From Eledone cirrhosa (Eukaryota): 64,000 nucleotides of DNA. Below, piece by piece: positions 63,259-64,000 of the stretch. The stretch spans positions 155,062,001-155,126,000 of the forward strand of contig OZ024742.1 of the NCBI GenBank assembly GCA_964016885.1, read 5' to 3'. A program made the translations under genes and the position numbers. Below the pieces are notes generated by a model. It was not told where the DNA came from, did no database searches, and worked only from the letters and a program-made list of their open reading frames with translations. Numbering within the stretch: the first letter of the stretch is position 1; the number at the start of each line of letters is the position of its first letter.

Positions 63259-63441
63259 TGGATTGGCAGTATCGGTAGAGGGTCGGACGCCATGCTTTCC
63301 AGCATAGTTACGTCCCTTTACGATCTGAGTTCAAATCCTGCCGAGGTTGACTTTGCCTTTCATCCTTACGGGGTCGATAAAATAAAGTACCAGTAATGCA
63401 CTGGATAATTGCTGGCCTTGTGCCTAAAGTAGAAACAATTA
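63259..63441 (+). mobile_element. tRNA-derived SINE (main family)
   Basis: Nearly identical to 1286-1468. Confidence 0.92.
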
Positions 63442-63510
63442 ATGTAATATGCAGCAAAGTTAACTACATGTATATGTTCGAATGCATAAATATTTTGATG
63501 AATAAACTGA

Positions 63511-63783
<273 letters not shown>

Positions 63784-63826
63784 GTATATATATATGTAAA
63801 TATATATACATATATATATATATATG

Positions 63827-63885
<59 letters not shown>

Positions 63886-63888
63886 GTA

Positions 63889-63943
<55 letters not shown>

Positions 63944-63944
63944 G

Positions 63945-64000
<56 letters not shown>

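Overview
AT-rich, microsatellite-dense eukaryotic non-coding DNA, probably intronic or intergenic. The SINE family and the (TA)n density suggest a coleoid cephalopod such as an octopus (inference). I could not recognise any intact host gene, and nearly all listed ORFs are translations of (TA)n/(CA)n/(GA)n tracts. The real content is mobile DNA: about 14 copies of one tRNA-derived SINE, a 5'-truncated R4/Dong-type LINE in (TAA)n, RTE and L1/Tx1 fragments, Helitron-type ends, and several Penelope-like (PLE) RT/GIY-YIG relics. Main observations: (1) a young, non-coding 629-nt partial-tandem unit at 38026-38932 carrying a complete type I hammerhead ribozyme (retrozyme or circular-RNA-like); (2) at least seven distinct families of short asymmetric head-to-head palindromic inserts, mostly in (TA)n, many with minimal or variant hammerheads, two of them physically linked to PLE ORFs; (3) a family-wide CAGAAGA hammerhead core variant; (4) twin-priming-type 5' inversions in RTE elements; (5) a consensus recursive-splicing junction at 13412/13413. 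All assignments were made by eye with no searches, and coordinates are approximate to a few nt.
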